From: Candidatus Velthaea sp.
Lineage (GTDB): Bacteria; Vulcanimicrobiota; Vulcanimicrobiia; Vulcanimicrobiales; Vulcanimicrobiaceae
Reading direction: 5' to 3'
NCBI GenBank assembly: GCA_050012475.1
Contig: JBEKHC010000008.1
Span: 14,387-78,386 of the forward strand
DNA: 64,000 nucleotides
How positions within the stretch are numbered: the stretch's first letter is position 1; the number at the start of each line of letters is the position of its first letter. Of the stretch, positions 37,800-47,574 are shown piece after piece. Below the pieces are notes generated by a model. That model was given only the letters and a program-made list of their open reading frames with translations, was not told the DNA's origin and searched no databases. The position numbers and the translations under genes are program-made.

Positions 37800-38903
37800 T
37801 CAGCGCAGCTGGACCCTGCCTAGCGCGGCGAGCAAGGCTGCGCTTTCGGCATCCAAGTGCTGTTCGAATACCTTGGGATGCGTGAGATAGAACAGGCACA
37901 TCGCGCGCAGCACGAAGGCGTGCCATTCGCCGTTCTGCAGCGTGCGCACGCCTGAGGCCGTCGCGGTCAACAATCGCCGCACGCGGCTGACCGCTTCGGC
38001 GCTCGAGGCATAGCAGGCGACGAAATTGAGTTCGCGGTGTTCGCGGTCTTCGGCCTGATCGATGAAATAATCGAGCAGGATGTGCACGGCCGAGAGATTG
38101 GGAAAATACGCCGCGGTGGTCAGGTCGACCGCGTCGGGCGCCACGGTCTTTTGCGAGGCCAAATGCAGCAGCGCGAAGACCGGCATCGAGGAACCGCAGG
38201 CGGCGGCGAACTCCCACCAATACAGGTCCGGGAAGCGTTCGCGATTGCGTTCGTACCAAGCGTCGCAGTAGGCTGCGCCGGCTTTGGGTCCGGCATGTTT
38301 GAACGTCTGCAGTTGGGCGTAGTAGCCGGCGATCTCGACGAGCTGCGCGCGCACGGCGCCATAATTGGGCAAGGCGCCGATTCCGGCGCGCACGCACTCG
38401 ACGAGCCGGCGCAAATAGCCGCCGTCGTCGCGCGCCGGGCCGTCGCGATAATAATCGCCGATCGAGCGGCGATCGTCGAGCGCATCCAGCAACGCTTCGT
38501 GCAGCGTCGGATAGGCGGCGGCGGGAACGTTCGGCAAGCGATCGCACAGGTTGTCGAGGTAGTCGTAGATGGTTTCGAGCGGCGCGACGATGTCGACGTA
38601 CCGCGCGGCCGCCTCGCCGTGCAAAAAGGTCGCGAGAATGCAGCCGCCTTGCACGTGATAGGCCTTGTCGGAGATCGAGGCGGTGGCTTGTTCGCGCAGG
38701 GCGCGGTCGGGGATGGTGCGCGCGTCGACTTCGATTGCGCGCAGCACGCGCGACGCGCGCGGCACCACCGCGGTGAGAAAGCGGGCCATCGACGCCAAAC
38801 CGCGCGGACCCAAGCCCAGCAGGCGGCGCAGCCGGGTCGGCGTGCGCAGCACGGTGCGCACGACGGTGTCGACGTCGCGCAGCAGCGAGCGATCAGATCC
38901 CAC
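37800..38903 (-). CDS. Tetraprenyl-beta-curcumene synthase family (YtpB/DUF2600) terpene synthase
   Basis: KAYHVQGG, TIYDYLDNLCDR, DDGGYL, WWEFAAACGS, HILLDYFIDQAED..LNF. Confidence 0.88.
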   Translation of the reverse strand: MGSDRSLLRDVDTVVRTVLRTPTRLRRLLGLGPRGLASMARFLTAVVPRASRVLRAIEVDARTIPDRALREQATASISDKAYHVQGGCILATFLHGEAAARYVDIVAPLETIYDYLDNLCDRLPNVPAAAYPTLHEALLDALDDRRSIGDYYRDGPARDDGGYLRRLVECVRAGIGALPNYGAVRAQLVEIAGYYAQLQTFKHAGPKAGAAYCDAWYERNRERFPDLYWWEFAAACGSSMPVFALLHLASQKTVAPDAVDLTTAAYFPNLSAVHILLDYFIDQAEDREHRELNFVACYASSAEAVSRVRRLLTATASGVRTLQNGEWHAFVLRAMCLFYLTHPKVFEQHLDAESAALLAALGRVQLR

Positions 38904-40149
38904 CGACGAACCGTCCGGGTGCGAGCGTTGCGCTAGGATCGAAGCGGTCTTTGATCGCGCGCAGCATCGTCAGCGTCGCCGGCGCGGGACCCCACGCATC
39001 GACCTGGGCGCGCAGGCGGGGATCGCCGGCGAGCACCGTGATGCCCGGCAGCGCGGTACGCAGCTGGGCGTCGATCTCGCTCAGCAGCTCGGTGGTGTGG
39101 CGTGCCGACGAGCCCGCCAGGCGCACGATCGCGTCGCCGTTGCGTACGTCGGCGATGAAGTCGTAGCGGGCCTCGAACGAAAGTGCGATCGCGCGCGCGC
39201 TGTGTGCGCGCTGCCAGACCGTCGACGGGAGTCCCGCCGAACGGTAGGTGATCGAGCGGTCTTCGATCGGTTCGATGTAGGCGTCGATCGTGTCTTGCAG
39301 TACGGCTGCGGCCGCGCCGCCGTCGAAGAGCAGGGTTTCGGCAACACCGCTCTTGCCCAGGACCGAACGCAGGTCGCGGGTAGCCCGGTCGACGGCCGCC
39401 TCCGAGCCCTCGAAGATCGTGACCAGACGGGTGTCTTCTTCGTGGACGCGCGGCGTGCGCTCAAAAAACCCGTCGACGACCAGCGCCGCGGTTGGTTCGA
39501 TCGTGAGTTGTCCCAGCGCGGCCAAGGCGCGCTGGCGGACCTCTTCGCCCAGCGGTGCGATCGCCAAACGCTGCGCGGGCGGCTGCGGGAGCGTCTTGAA
39601 ATTGGCGCGGACGATGATCCCCAGCGTGCCCAGCGAACCGACATAAAGTTTGCTCATGTCGTAGCCGGTCACGTTCTTGACGACCATGCCGCCGGCGCTC
39701 GCGAGGCTGCCGTCGGTCAGCGCCACGGTCGACCCGATGAGCAGGTCGCGCAGCTGGCCATACGTCGCGCGGCGCGGTCCGGCCCACCCCGCAGCCAGCG
39801 TTCCGCCAACGGTCGCGCGGCGCGGCAGCGGCGCGTCGAACGGGAGGAACTGCCGGGCCTGGGCGAGCGTGCCCGCGACGCTCTCGAGCGTGATGCCGGC
39901 TTCCAAACCGATCGTCAGATCGCGCGGACCGTAGGCCAAGACGCGGTCGAGCCGGCGCAAACAAATCGCGACGTCGTAGCGCCGCGGCGCGTTTCCCAGC
40001 GATTGCAGCGTTGACCCGCCGAACGCGACGACGCCGTTGCCCGCCTCGGCTGCCGTCGCCAGCAACGCGGCGACGCGTTGCGGGTCGGCGGGTTCCTCAA
40101 CGCGCGCCGGCAGCCGCGTTGCCAGCGCGAACGGATTCGAGGCGATCAC
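38893..40149 (-). CDS. glcE: Glycolate oxidase FAD subunit GlcE-like
   Basis: ATVGGTLA, GPRRATYG..RD, GGMVVKNVTGYDMSKL, KDRFDP..LAPGRF; GTGA overlap with glcD. Confidence 0.85.
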   Translation of the reverse strand: MIASNPFALATRLPARVEEPADPQRVAALLATAAEAGNGVVAFGGSTLQSLGNAPRRYDVAICLRRLDRVLAYGPRDLTIGLEAGITLESVAGTLAQARQFLPFDAPLPRRATVGGTLAAGWAGPRRATYGQLRDLLIGSTVALTDGSLASAGGMVVKNVTGYDMSKLYVGSLGTLGIIVRANFKTLPQPPAQRLAIAPLGEEVRQRALAALGQLTIEPTAALVVDGFFERTPRVHEEDTRLVTIFEGSEAAVDRATRDLRSVLGKSGVAETLLFDGGAAAAVLQDTIDAYIEPIEDRSITYRSAGLPSTVWQRAHSARAIALSFEARYDFIADVRNGDAIVRLAGSSARHTTELLSEIDAQLRTALPGITVLAGDPRLRAQVDAWGPAPATLTMLRAIKDRFDPSATLAPGRFVGGI

Positions 40150-41555
40150 GCCGCGGTGGAATTCGCGGCGGTGACTTCGCCGCAAACGGCGCCGGTGGGA
40201 AAGATCTTATCCGGATTGAACGCGCGCATCGGATCGAAAACGTCGCGCACGCGCGCCATTGCAGCCAGATCGGCCGTCGTGAACACCAGCGACAGCGATT
40301 GCCGCTTTTCGTAGCCGATCCCGTGTTCGCCGCTGATCGTCCCGCCCAGCGCGATGCACGTCGCCAGGATCTCATTGCCGGCTTCGATGACGGCTTGCAC
40401 TTGACGTGCGTCGCGCCGGTCGAAAATCATGAGCGGGTGCAGATTGCCGTCGCCGGCGTGAAAAACGTTGCCGACCTGCAGTCGATGGTCGCGCGCGATG
40501 CGTTCGACTTCCAGCATCACCTGCGGCAGCTTCGTGCGCGGCACGCAAGCATCCTGAATGTAATAGTTGGGTGCGATCCGGCCGATCGCTCCGGCGGCGC
40601 CTTTGCGCGCGGCCCACAAGACGTCGCGCTCGGCGGCGTCGCGGGCGGACCGCCACGACAGCGCGCCGTGGTCGCCGGCGATGCGCGCGATGAGCCGTTC
40701 GGCATCGTCCATGTCGTCGTGCGGCCCGGCGATCTCGACGAGCAGCACGGCACCGGCGTCGGCCGGAAAACCGGCGTGGTAGTGCGCTTCGACGGCTTGG
40801 GTGATGAGCCGATCCATGATCTCGAGCGCGACCGGAACGATGCCGGCGCCGATGATCGCCGAAACCGCTTCGGAGGCCGACTCGACGTCGCCGAACGCCG
40901 CGACGCACACGCGGACGGCTTCGGGCAGCCGCATCAGCCGCACGTCGATCTCGGTAATGAGCCCCAGCGTTCCTTCGCTGCCGACGAGCAGGCCGGTCAT
41001 GTCGTAGCCGGGATCGCCCAGCGCCGTGCGGTGGATTTCGCCGCTCCCGTCGACGTACTGCAAACCCAAAATATGATTGGTCGTGGTGCCGTAGGACAAG
41101 CAGTGTGCCCCGCCCGCGTTGGTGCCGACGTTTCCGCCGATGGTCGAGATCTTCTGGCTCGATGGATCCGGGGCGTAGAAGATACCGTAGCGCGCGATCG
41201 CGTTCGAGAGTTCGAGATTGATCAGCCCCGGCTGCACCCGCGCGCGGCGATTGGCGACGTCGAGTTCGAGCAGTCGATTCATCCGTGCAAAGGACACCAC
41301 CAGGCCGCCTTTGACCGGCACCGCACCGCCGCACAGGCCGGTCCCGGCACCGCGTGGGATGAGCGGTTCGTCGCATTCGCGGGCGATGCGCACAGCGGTC
41401 GCGACGTCACGCACGTCGCGCGGCACGACCGCGGCGCTGGGGTTTCCGTTTTCCTTGTAGCCGTCGTAGCCGTAGGCCGTCAAATCGGCCGGCTCGGTCC
41501 GGGCGACGTCCGAACCGAGCGCCTCGAGCAAGCGTCGCGCAAACGTGGTCGCCAT
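40146..41555 (-). CDS. glcD: Glycolate oxidase subunit GlcD
   Basis: PRGAGTGLCGG, PDPSSQ..TIGGN, GSEGTLG, FHAGDGNLHP, GEHGIG. Confidence 0.9.
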   Translation of the reverse strand: MATTFARRLLEALGSDVARTEPADLTAYGYDGYKENGNPSAAVVPRDVRDVATAVRIARECDEPLIPRGAGTGLCGGAVPVKGGLVVSFARMNRLLELDVANRRARVQPGLINLELSNAIARYGIFYAPDPSSQKISTIGGNVGTNAGGAHCLSYGTTTNHILGLQYVDGSGEIHRTALGDPGYDMTGLLVGSEGTLGLITEIDVRLMRLPEAVRVCVAAFGDVESASEAVSAIIGAGIVPVALEIMDRLITQAVEAHYHAGFPADAGAVLLVEIAGPHDDMDDAERLIARIAGDHGALSWRSARDAAERDVLWAARKGAAGAIGRIAPNYYIQDACVPRTKLPQVMLEVERIARDHRLQVGNVFHAGDGNLHPLMIFDRRDARQVQAVIEAGNEILATCIALGGTISGEHGIGYEKRQSLSLVFTTADLAAMARVRDVFDPMRAFNPDKIFPTGAVCGEVTAANSTAA

Positions 41556-41656
41556 TGGTCTGCCCTACGAAGGTGGGAGCCGATGTTCCTGGCCGTGCAA
41601 TTCCGTCGATTGCTTTGGGAAGATGTCGTGGCATTTTTTGCCGAAGATGGGTGCGA

Positions 41657-42793
41657 ATGTTTACTTCTCGCACCCGCACGGTCGTTTCGCTCGTGGCGGC
41701 TGTTTTTGCCGTGCTGGCACTGGTGGCCGGCGGCTTTGCGATCTTTCACCGCTCGCTCGCCGAGAATGTCTCGATCGGCCTTGCGCAGCATGACGTGGAG
41801 GCAGAGTTCCATCGCCGGCGGCTCAACGTGCTCATCGTCGGTGACCAAGCCGACGAAGCCACCACCGACACGATCGTGCTGGCGCATCTCGATCTCGAGC
41901 GCCGTACGGGCACGCTGATGTCGATCCCGCGCGACACTTGGGTCGGCGTACCGCATCACGGGCACATGAAGATCAACAGCGCGTTCGCCTTCGGCGGCGC
42001 GGCCGGCACGGCGCGCGCCGTCACCGCACTCACCGGCGTGCCGATCGACGCGACGCTGGCGGTCGATCCGCAAGGCGCCAAGCAGATCGTCGATGCGATC
42101 GGCGGCCTCAACGTCAATGTCGAAACCGCCATGAATTACGACGACAACTACGGCGACTTGCACATTCACCTCAAAAAAGGCGAGCAGTTTCTCACCGGCG
42201 GCGGCGTCATGCAGTACATGCGCTTCCGGCACGACGCGGAGTCCGATTTCGGCCGGATGCGGCGTCAGCAGCAGGTCATGCGCGAGATCGTTCGCGAGCT
42301 GGGGCAGCCGCAAAATTGGCCGAAAGTGCCGCGCTTGGTGGCGCTGGCGCGCGCGGACGTTAAGACCTCGCTCAACGACGCGCAGCTGCAAGCCCTCGTC
42401 GAATTGTACCGCGGTGTTCCGCAGGACAACGTGCGCACGTTGACGCTGCCCAGCCGTCCGGATACGGTCGGCGATGCATCGGTCGTCATCGTCGACGAGC
42501 GCTGGGCGCATATCATCGGCAGACTGCTGTTCGCCAAGAACGATCCGCCGCAAGACGTCGTGCTCGTGTCGAACGCGACCGGCACGCCGGCGTTCGCAAC
42601 CACGGTCGTCGGTGCGCTGCGCGGCGGCGGCTGGAACGTTGCCACGTTTATCGACGAACCGGCCAAGAAGCTGTCTGAAGTCGTCGGGACGAGTGCCGCC
42701 GCGGCGGTGCTCGGCAAAACGTTCGAGTTGCGGCCGCGCAAAGGGGCGGCGACGATTTTGCGTCTAGGAACCGACGCGCTGCCCGCGACCTAA
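41657..42793 (+). CDS. LCP (LytR-CpsA-Psr) family phosphotransferase
   Basis: N-terminal TM, TDTIV, SIPRDTWV, KINSA, RFRH..SDFGRMRRQQ. Confidence 0.92.
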   Translation: MFTSRTRTVVSLVAAVFAVLALVAGGFAIFHRSLAENVSIGLAQHDVEAEFHRRRLNVLIVGDQADEATTDTIVLAHLDLERRTGTLMSIPRDTWVGVPHHGHMKINSAFAFGGAAGTARAVTALTGVPIDATLAVDPQGAKQIVDAIGGLNVNVETAMNYDDNYGDLHIHLKKGEQFLTGGGVMQYMRFRHDAESDFGRMRRQQQVMREIVRELGQPQNWPKVPRLVALARADVKTSLNDAQLQALVELYRGVPQDNVRTLTLPSRPDTVGDASVVIVDERWAHIIGRLLFAKNDPPQDVVLVSNATGTPAFATTVVGALRGGGWNVATFIDEPAKKLSEVVGTSAAAAVLGKTFELRPRKGAATILRLGTDALPAT

Positions 42794-42801
42794 CGCCCGA
42801 C

Positions 42802-44034
42802 TCAGTACAGCAAATACTTGTCGCGCAGCGCGAGGAACGCCGGCACGTTGGCTTGTGCCGCGCGCACGATCTCGTCGGGCGATTCGCCGGCGAGAACGCG
42901 CCGGCGCACGGTGTCGGTCCCCCAATCGCGATCGAGCGTGAGCGCGTTATGAATGCGGACGTACGGCCCCAGATCGCGGGCCGCGCAGAGCAGTTCGATC
43001 GCGGTGCGCACGCTGGGGAAGGCGTGTGCATCGTCGATATCGATCTCGACGCCCGAAAGCTGCCGGCCTTTCCAAAAGCCGGCGTGCGGCGTCCACGCCG
43101 CCGGCTCGAAATGCACCCCCGGAACATGGCGCGCGTTGAGTGCCGCCGCGTACGCCGGGCCGTCCATGCCCAATGTGCCCGCCCGCTCGAACGGTTTGTC
43201 GCTGCCCACGCCGTTGTTCAATCCGGCCTCGTCGATGAGCCCGGTCGCGAGATACACCAGTGCCGTCTTCGCGTACGGGATGTTGGGCGACGTCGCCGTC
43301 CACCGCAGCCCGGTCTGGTCCCAAACCATGTCGCGGCGCCAGCCGCGCATCGGGATGACCTTGAGGTTCGCGCCGATTGCGAATCGATCGTTGAACAAGC
43401 GCGCCAGCTCGCCGATGGTCATCCCGGGGCGTTCGGGTATCGGATACAGCCCCACGAACGACTTGAACCGCGGATCGAGCACCGGTCCTTCGACGAGCGT
43501 CCCGCCGACGGGATTGGGCCGGTCGAGAACCCAGATCTCTTTGCCGGCCGCCGCCGCGCTCTGCATCACGTAGGCCATCGTCGATGCGAAGGTGTACGGC
43601 CGTGCGCCTACGTCCTGAATGTCGAACACCAGCACGTCGATGCCGTCGAGCATGGCTGCCGACGGGTGGCGCGTTGCGCCGTACAGGCTGTAGACCGGCA
43701 AGCCCGTGTGTTCGTCGGTATAGGACGGAACGTACGAGCCGGCGGGGCGATCGCCGCGCAGACCATGTTCGGGAGCAAACAGCGCGCGCACGCAGATATG
43801 TCCGTGCGCGCGCACGGCGTCGACGAAATTCCGGCCGTCGGACGTGACGCCGCTGGCGTTCGTGACGATGCCGATGCAGCGGTCGCCCAACTCATGCCAG
43901 GCGCCGGCCAAGAAGACGTCGTCGCCGAGCAGGACCGGCCCGGCCGGGTCGTCGGCGCGCAGCGGGCTGGCTCGGAAAGCACAGAGGGCGAGCGCGATGA
44001 GGAGCGCCGCAAGCGCGCGGTTGGGGAGTCGCAT
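42802..44034 (-). CDS. namZ: Exo-beta-N-acetylmuramidase NamZ (DUF1343)
   Basis: LFAPEHG, VYSLYG, FDIQDVGARPYT, LDRPNP, TSPNIP. Confidence 0.9.
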   Translation of the reverse strand: MRLPNRALAALLIALALCAFRASPLRADDPAGPVLLGDDVFLAGAWHELGDRCIGIVTNASGVTSDGRNFVDAVRAHGHICVRALFAPEHGLRGDRPAGSYVPSYTDEHTGLPVYSLYGATRHPSAAMLDGIDVLVFDIQDVGARPYTFASTMAYVMQSAAAAGKEIWVLDRPNPVGGTLVEGPVLDPRFKSFVGLYPIPERPGMTIGELARLFNDRFAIGANLKVIPMRGWRRDMVWDQTGLRWTATSPNIPYAKTALVYLATGLIDEAGLNNGVGSDKPFERAGTLGMDGPAYAAALNARHVPGVHFEPAAWTPHAGFWKGRQLSGVEIDIDDAHAFPSVRTAIELLCAARDLGPYVRIHNALTLDRDWGTDTVRRRVLAGESPDEIVRAAQANVPAFLALRDKYLLY

Positions 44035-44503
44035 ACCAACCGCAAACGGGCGCCGCATCGAGTTCGTCACGCCCGGAAGCAAGGCAAGCCGAGGGAGAAA
44101 AAGCGACGTGCCTCACACTGGCATACCCTGCGTTAAGTCCTGATATGCCGTGACCGATTGACGGAGAGCAGGGTATTTTGAGCCGCCTCAATGGGCGCCT
44201 TATGGAGAAGCAGGCTTGGAGCTCGGTAAGTTTAGCCGGATAGAGAAAAATATGCGGGTTGGCGATGTATCGACGGTGCTGGCACGGACGTTATCCGCAG
44301 CGGTCGCACTGTTGCATGACGGAACGCTGAACGCTTCACACAGCGGGCACCTTCCGGCCGTCGTGCCGGGCGTGCTGGCACCGCTTGTCCTGCCGCGGAT
44401 GGGTGCAACGATCCGGCGCGCGCTGAGCGTCGATTGGCGATCCGCCGGAGGCTCGACCGCCGGTTCGGACGCGAGCTTCGCACCCAGCGTGAAGTTCACG
44501 TCC

Positions 44504-45097
44504 ATGGCCGACCTGGCCCGCGAAAACGCCCGGTTGCAGCGCGAACTCGCGGAGCTCAAAGCGAAATACGCCCGGCTTGCCGAGGATGCCGCCGACCAGG
44601 CTGCGGAGTCCGAGCGGTTCCATCATTTGGCGCTTCACGATGCGCTTACGCAGTTGCCGAATCGCTTGCTGTTGATGGACCGGATCGCCGCGGCGCTTGC
44701 GCACGCCGAGCGCGCAGGCACCCAGGTGCTGGTGATCTTCTTGGATCTCGATCATTTCAAAGCGATCAACGACATCATGGGCCATGCCGCCGGCGACCGG
44801 GTGCTTAGCGAAGTTGCGATCCGCATCGCGGGCTGCACGCGCCGCAGTGATACGGCCAGCCGCGTCGGCGGCGATGAATTCGTGCTGGTATGCGCGACCG
44901 AGGATGCCGTCGCCGACGCCGCCGATATCCGCTCGCGGTTAGGCCGTGCGATCGCCGCCCCGATCGACGTCAACGGCACGCCGGTAACGATCGGCGCGAG
45001 CATCGGCATCAGTTCGTTTCCGGCCGACGGCGCAGATCCGGGCGAACTCATCGATCGCGCCGATCAGGCCATGTATCACGTCAAGGCGCGCCGTTAA
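44504..45097 (+). CDS. Diguanylate cyclase (short coiled coil + GGDEF)
   Basis: HDALTQLPNR, DLDHFKAIND, RSD I-site (RxxD), RVGGDEF; start uncertain. Confidence 0.88.
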   Translation: MADLARENARLQRELAELKAKYARLAEDAADQAAESERFHHLALHDALTQLPNRLLLMDRIAAALAHAERAGTQVLVIFLDLDHFKAINDIMGHAAGDRVLSEVAIRIAGCTRRSDTASRVGGDEFVLVCATEDAVADAADIRSRLGRAIAAPIDVNGTPVTIGASIGISSFPADGADPGELIDRADQAMYHVKARR

Positions 45098-45921
45098 ACG
45101 AACGACGGCGTTGCGGCCGGCGGAATGAGTCCGGCGGCGGCGGCGCGCGTGAAGAGCTCGTTGACCGCGGCGATCCCCGCCGATCCGACATCGTCGCTGT
45201 ATTCGTTCACATACAAGCCGATGTGAGCGCGCATGACGGCGTCGTCCATCTCGAAAGCGTGGGCCCGCACGTAGTCGATGATCTCCGGCTCGCGGGTGCG
45301 GGCGAACTGCAGGCTGCGCCGGATCGACGCATCGATGCGGCGTGCCGCAGCGTCGTCGATGTCGCGGCGAACGAGGATCGCCCCGAGCGGGATCGGATCG
45401 CCGGTGGCTGCTTCCCACCAGTCGCCCAAATCCACGACGCACGCTAGGCCCGCCTCGGCATAGGTGAAGCGCGATTCGTGGATGATAAGGCCGGCGTCGG
45501 CTTCGCCGGCGGCGACCGCCGCGACGATGGCGTCGAAACGCACCACCTTCACCTGCGGTTCGCGCCCGAGCGCAAGCCGCAGCAGCAGATACGCCGTCGT
45601 CATCCGGCCCGGGATCGCGAACACTGCGTCGGCGTCGAAGCTCGCGAGGCCGCGGGCCGTTTTCGCGACCACGAGCGGGCCGCAGCCGCGTCCCAATGCT
45701 CCGCCCGCGCGCAGGATCCGGTACGCTGCCGACAAGAACGGGATCGCGCCGTACGAGACCTTCGTGAGCTCGTGGCGGCTCTCGCGGGCCGCGCGGTTGA
45801 GCGCCTCGACGTCATCGAGCACGACCCGAACCGCGGGCTCCCCGGGCAACAACCCGTTGGTCAGCGCCGCGAAAATGTAGGTGTCGTTGGGGCAGGGCGA
45901 ATAGGCCAGCGAATACATCAT
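45094..45921 (-). CDS. mqnD: 1,4-dihydroxy-6-naphthoate synthase
   Basis: YSPCPNDT, DVEALN, GGALGRGCGP, IIHESRFTY, PIPLG, HIGLYVN. Confidence 0.95.
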   Translation of the reverse strand: MMYSLAYSPCPNDTYIFAALTNGLLPGEPAVRVVLDDVEALNRAARESRHELTKVSYGAIPFLSAAYRILRAGGALGRGCGPLVVAKTARGLASFDADAVFAIPGRMTTAYLLLRLALGREPQVKVVRFDAIVAAVAAGEADAGLIIHESRFTYAEAGLACVVDLGDWWEAATGDPIPLGAILVRRDIDDAAARRIDASIRRSLQFARTREPEIIDYVRAHAFEMDDAVMRAHIGLYVNEYSDDVGSAGIAAVNELFTRAAAAGLIPPAATPSFV

Positions 45922-46529
45922 GTGGTTTCTTCGACGGCGGTCAGGAAGTCGGTCAGCGCGCGGACAGCGGCGGTCGAGCCGGCCCGAAAATCCCAGCCGC
46001 CGATCGGGTCGCCGACGATATTGGAAATGCCGCGCAATTCGACTGCGGCGACGCCCGCGACCGCAGCGGCGCGCAGCACCGAAAAGCCCTCCATCGATTC
46101 GGTCTCGGGCGCGTAGCGAGTCGCCAATTCGGCGCTGCGGGCCGCCGAGGTCGTGATTGTCGCCGAAGTGATGCCGGTGCCGAAAACGGCTTTCGGCAAG
46201 CGTGACCGATAGCGTTCGAGCAGTCCGGCGTCAGCCGCGCACGTCGCTTCGACGCGCACTCCGGGGGGCAGCACGATTGCCCCGCCGTCTTCCCGCCCGA
46301 TCTCCAGATAGCGCTCGACGGTTACCGCGACGGCGCTGCCGATCGGCGCGCGGCCCGCGAAACCGCCGGCGATGCCGGCGTTGATCGCCAACGCATACGG
46401 TTTGGCGGCGAGCGCGCGCAGCGTGCCAAGCGCCGCTTCGACCGGTCCGATACCGACGCACACGACGTCGACGTCGGGCCGGGCGAAGCCGTCGAGTTCC
46501 TCCGCCACCGCACAGACGACGAGGATCAT
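45918..46529 (-). CDS. mqnB: Futalosine hydrolase
   Basis: GIGPVEAA, NAGIAGGF, ESMEGF, ELRGISN.VG..W; adjacent to mqnD. Confidence 0.88.
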   Translation of the reverse strand: MILVVCAVAEELDGFARPDVDVVCVGIGPVEAALGTLRALAAKPYALAINAGIAGGFAGRAPIGSAVAVTVERYLEIGREDGGAIVLPPGVRVEATCAADAGLLERYRSRLPKAVFGTGITSATITTSAARSAELATRYAPETESMEGFSVLRAAAVAGVAAVELRGISNIVGDPIGGWDFRAGSTAAVRALTDFLTAVEETT

Positions 46530-47101
46530 CGCACGCCGATGAATTTGTGCGTTTGCAGCGAGAGCCGAAAGCGCGCCGGGTTGTTCTTGGCGGCAGCCAG
46601 CGCGAGCTCGACGTTGGCCGCTTTGTTGCCCTCGGGCTGCAGCGCAATCGGGGTCGTGGCCGGAAATGCGTCGACCCATTCGACCGGGACGCGGCCGTCG
46701 ACGATGAGCTTGACCTCGTCGGCGCGCGCCGCCATCGCCGGATGTAGCCGTTCCTTCGGCGATACCGTCAGCCAAACGCCGGCGGGAAGCACGACGTCGA
46801 TCGTGCCGTTCGTTTCGATGTGCACCCGCCGGCCGTCGGCCTGCAATGCGGCGATCAGCGCCGGCGTCTGCGTTTGGGCCAACGGTTCGCCGCCGGTCAG
46901 CACGACCATCGGGCAGTCGCCGCCGGCGGCGCGAACCTGCGCCACCACGTCCGGAATTGCGGCCAGAAAGTGCAGCGCGTAATCCGTGTCGCAAAAATCG
47001 CAGGCCAGATTGCAGCCTGCCAGCCGCACGAAGACCGCCGGGGTCCCGGTCCACGCCCCCTCGCCCTGCACGCTGTAAAAGATCTCCGCGAGGCCGAGCA
47101 T
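46526..47101 (-). CDS. queE: 7-carboxy-7-deazaguanine synthase (radical SAM)
   Basis: EIFYSVQGEG, RLAGCNLACDFCDT, TGGEP, ETNG, SPK, LQP, SLQTHK. Confidence 0.95.
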   Translation of the reverse strand: MLGLAEIFYSVQGEGAWTGTPAVFVRLAGCNLACDFCDTDYALHFLAAIPDVVAQVRAAGGDCPMVVLTGGEPLAQTQTPALIAALQADGRRVHIETNGTIDVVLPAGVWLTVSPKERLHPAMAARADEVKLIVDGRVPVEWVDAFPATTPIALQPEGNKAANVELALAAAKNNPARFRLSLQTHKFIGVR

Positions 47102-47103
47102 CG

Positions 47104-47490
47104 TCACTCGGGGTCCAACGGCGCGGCCAGCGGGTCGCCGCGGCGCAGGATCGCGCAGGCCGTCGCCGTCTCCCACAGCACGAGTTCGACCAGTTGGGGA
47201 AACTCGGGCGCCAGCCGCCGCCAGATCCAAACGACGACGTTTTCGGAGGTCGGGTTGGGCACGACTTCATTGAGCGAGCGATGGTCGAGTTCGCCGATGA
47301 CGCCGGCCTTCACGACCCGCGAGAGGGCCTCGAAGTCGACGATCATGCCGGCCGCCGGACCGTCATCGGCCAGCGGGCCCTCCAGGGTGACGTCGAGCCG
47401 ATACGAGTGGCCGTGAAGTCGCGAACATTTGCCCTGATGGTACGGCAGCACGTGCGCTGCCTCAAATTTGAACTGCTTGCGGATCTGCAC
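47104..47490 (-). CDS. queD: 6-carboxytetrahydropterin synthase
   Basis: FEAAH..KCSRLHGHSY, LDHRSLN, PTSEN, WET. Confidence 0.95.
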   Translation of the reverse strand: MQIRKQFKFEAAHVLPYHQGKCSRLHGHSYRLDVTLEGPLADDGPAAGMIVDFEALSRVVKAGVIGELDHRSLNEVVPNPTSENVVVWIWRRLAPEFPQLVELVLWETATACAILRRGDPLAAPLDPE

Positions 47491-47574
47491 CGCCGTACGA
47501 TTTCACCGCTCGAGCCCCGAGGGCATCCCGGCGCAGACGGGGCGCCGCGGCGGCGACCCCGAACGCGGCGCCAA

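Noticed and set aside
44123..44176. Hammerhead-like CTGAT..GAGA core
   Set aside because: Core deviates from CUGAUGA/GAAA and there is no third stem
46526..47490. queD/queE as a Dpd 7-deazaguanine DNA-modification defence island
   Set aside because: No dpdA/tgt-like, folE or queC genes nearby, and the context is housekeeping
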